Of a stretch of DNA of 29,091 nt, positions 26,629 to 29,091 are shown in pieces (within the stretch, counting starts at the first letter, position 1; each line of letters begins with the position of its first letter). A program made the position numbers and the translations under genes. Source of the stretch: a virus (lineage: Duplodnaviria > Caudoviricetes); IMG/VR virus record IMGVR_UViG_3300020314_000025, positions 1-29,091 of that record. The stretch is one strand, 5' to 3'. Under the pieces are notes generated by a model that saw only the letters and a list, made by a program, of their open reading frames with translations, did no database searches and had not been told where the DNA came from.

Positions 26629-26888
26629 TAAAGAGTTTTTCCTACAGTAGTTAAGACTTGTTCTACATCTTCGAACTCTTGTCTTGCTTCTGAGAGTTTG
26701 GCTTTATGAGCCAAGCTGATTGCTTTGTTTAGAACACTAGGTTTAATGTCCATTTCATCTGCGATTGATTTGATTGTATCACGCAAACCACCTTTAAGGT
26801 CGTCTACTTCTTGAAGTACTTGCATTCCTTCATCAACTAACTGAGTTAGCTTTGCTTTGTCCTCTGAACTTAGATTGTCTACTGACAT
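26628..26888 (-). CDS. T4 DsbA-like dsDNA-binding protein
   Basis: Short helical protein (LRDTIKSIADEMDIKPSVLNKAISLAHK). Start at ATG 26888 after AAGGAGGTG; TAATG coupling to polB. Confidence 0.6.
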   Translation of the reverse strand: MSVDNLSSEDKAKLTQLVDEGMQVLQEVDDLKGGLRDTIKSIADEMDIKPSVLNKAISLAHKAKLSEARQEFEDVEQVLTTVGKTL

Positions 26889-26908
26889 GTAATTCACCTC
26901 CTTAAATT

Positions 26909-26943
26909 AAAAAAAGAGTGCCTCATTTCTGAAACACTCTTTT
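26909..26943 (-). terminator. Rho-independent terminator with GAAA tetraloop
   Basis: Minus strand AAAAGAGTGTTTCA-GAAA-TGAGGCACTCTTTTTTT. Confidence 0.8.
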
Positions 26944-26972
26944 ATAATACATTAAGTGACTACGAAAGTCAA
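26944..26972 (-). promoter_or_regulatory. Sigma70-type promoter for dsbA-like/polB
   Basis: TTGACT-17 nt-TATTAT. Confidence 0.7.
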
Positions 26973-26975
26973 TAC

Positions 26976-28835
26976 TTATTTTTGATTTAACTCGTAAATT
27001 CTTTGTGCTAAAGCATCAATTTTTTCTATATCAGAGTCTTTTAAATCAGACATTTTCTTTGGATCTGACTTTAGCTTGATATTCTTACCACCAACTGTGA
27101 TAGTATCACCAGCTTTTTTACCTGCTTTAGCCGCCTTGTCTAGTTCTTTGTAGAATTCATTGTACTCTGACATATTGATTTTAGCGGATCTATTTACTAA
27201 TTCATTTGCATAATCATCTGAGTTGAATATCTTTTTCTTTGGTAAGCCTAGATTAGGGTTTGCTTTGTTTAATTCATCTTTAGTAAAGTTTACACCGGCT
27301 TTAGCCGCTCCTGCTAAACCTTTACCAACTATTTTAGCACCCATTTTCATTGCTTTGCCTTTATCTGATTTTGAGAATTTATCATATTTCTTTTTCAGTT
27401 CCACGCCTTTTTTGACACCTTTACCGATTGCATCAGCGCCTTTTTTGACACCTTTACCGATTGCACCAGCTACTTTTAATAATAATGGATTTTCAACAAC
27501 TAATTTGCCTTCTTTAATAGAACCCATGGCAAAGTCTGCAATCTTAAGCATACCAGCTTTTGTTTTTAGCATGTTGTCAATTTTTTCTTTGTTAGCATCA
27601 TTAACTTTATCGTAAACTTGTGTAACAGCCGATGCAGTAAATAAGTCTACTTTCATCTGACCATCATCAAATTTAACAGGCATGTTTTGTTTGTCTGCTA
27701 CAATTTTCTTTAAAGTATCCATTGCGCCTTCACCAACAATAACTGGACCAGCTTCTGCCAAGTGTGCATCGATACCAGCAGTTGATTTCATCTTCCAATG
27801 TGCCGCCGCTTTTTTAGCCGCTTCGTAAGATGATTTAGCATGACATTCATGTTTGCCTTTATCAGCATGTACGCAAATGTATGGCTTATCTTCTGCTTCT
27901 GATACTTCACGCATTTCGTTTGTTGTTTCCATACTTGCTACGCCATCTTTTTGCATACCTTGTTCTGTGAAATCAACATTCATTTTAACCATTTTTGAAA
28001 TTTCTTTTGCGAAACCTGAATCTGTATAGATAGTCCAAGGACCGTCGTGTGTTACATCTACTTTTCTGTAACCATCATCTTCATCACCATGTAAAAATCC
28101 ACCTGGCTCAAAAGGGTTTTCAACTTCAATCTTTGATACTTTAACAGACTTTGGATTTTTGCCTTCTTTATCCCAGATACTATCACCTGCTAATTGAACT
28201 TCTTTTGCAGGGATTGACATAGTTGTTTCTGGTTCTTCTTTAATACCCATTTTCTTAGCTTCATCTTCTAATTCAGCTTTTCTACGCATAACTTCTTTTT
28301 TAAGTTTTTCGTCTTTGTGAGTATTTGGATCCATTTGAATATCTTGAAGTGCTTTCTTTTTCGCTTGGTAATCTTCTTTGTCCTTGAGAGATGTCGATGA
28401 AGATTCTTCTACGCTTTCTTCTGCTTCTTCTGGTTTGTTTGCCATCACTGCATCATAGTCTGCCATTTCTTGTTCATCTGGCATTTCTTCTGCACCTGGT
28501 GTTTCCATATCCATTGCTGGTTCTTCTGGAGCCATGTCCATATCACTTGGTGCTTCTGCATCCATATCAGGATTATCCATTGCAGGAACTTCTGTTGCAG
28601 GTTGACCTAATTCTAATGTGTGCATTCTAGCCATTAAACTATCTGACATACGTTCATATGCTTCATATGATTTATTGTGTTGGCTAGAAAATGTTAGTGC
28701 TAAATCATGCACCGCATCACGGGCATTTTTACCACCTTCTAATTCTGTTTTGAGTTGTTCTGTAGAACGATTTAAATAATCTTCAAACTCATCATTTGAG
28801 ATTACAAAGTTCTCTATAAGTTGTGTAAGTTTCAT
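26976..28835 (-). CDS. Putative internal head/prohead core protein (modular, charged)
   Basis: N-terminus MKLTQLIE, an acidic low-complexity region, Lys-rich modules and many hydrophobic-x-Glu sites. Confidence 0.5.
   Translation of the reverse strand: MKLTQLIENFVISNDEFEDYLNRSTEQLKTELEGGKNARDAVHDLALTFSSQHNKSYEAYERMSDSLMARMHTLELGQPATEVPAMDNPDMDAEAPSDMDMAPEEPAMDMETPGAEEMPDEQEMADYDAVMANKPEEAEESVEESSSTSLKDKEDYQAKKKALQDIQMDPNTHKDEKLKKEVMRRKAELEDEAKKMGIKEEPETTMSIPAKEVQLAGDSIWDKEGKNPKSVKVSKIEVENPFEPGGFLHGDEDDGYRKVDVTHDGPWTIYTDSGFAKEISKMVKMNVDFTEQGMQKDGVASMETTNEMREVSEAEDKPYICVHADKGKHECHAKSSYEAAKKAAAHWKMKSTAGIDAHLAEAGPVIVGEGAMDTLKKIVADKQNMPVKFDDGQMKVDLFTASAVTQVYDKVNDANKEKIDNMLKTKAGMLKIADFAMGSIKEGKLVVENPLLLKVAGAIGKGVKKGADAIGKGVKKGVELKKKYDKFSKSDKGKAMKMGAKIVGKGLAGAAKAGVNFTKDELNKANPNLGLPKKKIFNSDDYANELVNRSAKINMSEYNEFYKELDKAAKAGKKAGDTITVGGKNIKLKSDPKKMSDLKDSDIEKIDALAQRIYELNQK
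27404..27469. repeat. In-frame 33-bp tandem duplication (2 copies, 1 mismatch)
   Basis: CGCCTTTTTTGACACCTTTACCGATTGCA(T/C)CAG twice, encoding AIGKGVKKG twice. Confidence 0.9.
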
Positions 28836-29068
28836 GTTGCATCTCTCTTTATCATAGGACTTTTAACAGGTTTGTTATATACAAGATTACCTACATCTGA
28901 ACTATAACCCATCTTATATTCCTTTTGTTTCTTTTTCTTAGGCGTAATATATCCCATTGGATCAACTGCTTTTCTGGCATCTTTAGCCTTAGTTCCAGGC
29001 GTCATTGGAAATGACACACTCGCAAAACTACCAGCAAAATTTTCACCTAATATATCACGTATTTTCAT
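28832..29068 (-). CDS. Small basic protein, putative internal head protein
   Basis: Likely start MKIRDILGE (29068), just after GATAAATA at 29074-29081. ATGA overlap with the next gene. Confidence 0.55.
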   Translation of the reverse strand: MKIRDILGENFAGSFASVSFPMTPGTKAKDARKAVDPMGYITPKKKKQKEYKMGYSSDVGNLVYNKPVKSPMIKRDAT

Positions 29069-29091
29069 ATTACTATTTATCAAATAAATTC

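Noticed and set aside
2723-28630. All remaining short plus-strand ORFs, plus nested minus ORFs 20940-21122 and 23014-23196
   Set aside because: They lie within or across confident minus-strand genes and lack motifs, consistent with chance or shadow frames.
1-29091. Stop-codon reassignment, CRISPR arrays, tRNAs, introns/inteins, transposases
   Set aside because: Genes are full-length under the standard code with TAA, TAG and TGA all used as stops. Intergenic gaps are short, no repeat-spacer array or cloverleaf was seen by eye, and polB has normal length.

Overview
This AT-rich, densely packed window has every credible gene on the minus strand and looks like part of a large dsDNA tailed-phage genome, distantly T4-like and probably marine. 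An alphaproteobacterial host is an inference, not established. Reading in transcription direction (right to left), it holds: (1) two putative internal head/prohead-core proteins; (2) a replication block with a DsbA-like protein, family B DNA polymerase, SGNH-like protein, N6-adenine methyltransferase and probable sliding clamp; (3) an unusually large 7-deazaguanine DNA-modification cluster with a TGT/DpdA-like transglycosylase, NCS2 purine permease, QueD-paralog (DpdL-like), purine phosphoribosyltransferase, glycosyltransferase, FolE, atypical QueE, MetK and rhodanese; (4) RNase H/5'-3' exonuclease, SAM methyltransferase, PMM-like HAD, SbmA/BacA transporter, HtrA protease and a MoxR-like AAA ATPase; and (5) a translationally coupled operon of adenylate-forming ligase, flavin-dependent halogenase, membrane desaturase and two further ORFs, which resembles a small viral biosynthetic gene cluster. 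Six near-consensus sigma70 promoters, several T4-late-like ATAAATA motifs and two promoter/terminator overlaps are directly visible. All assignments come from motif recognition by eye; no searches were run.
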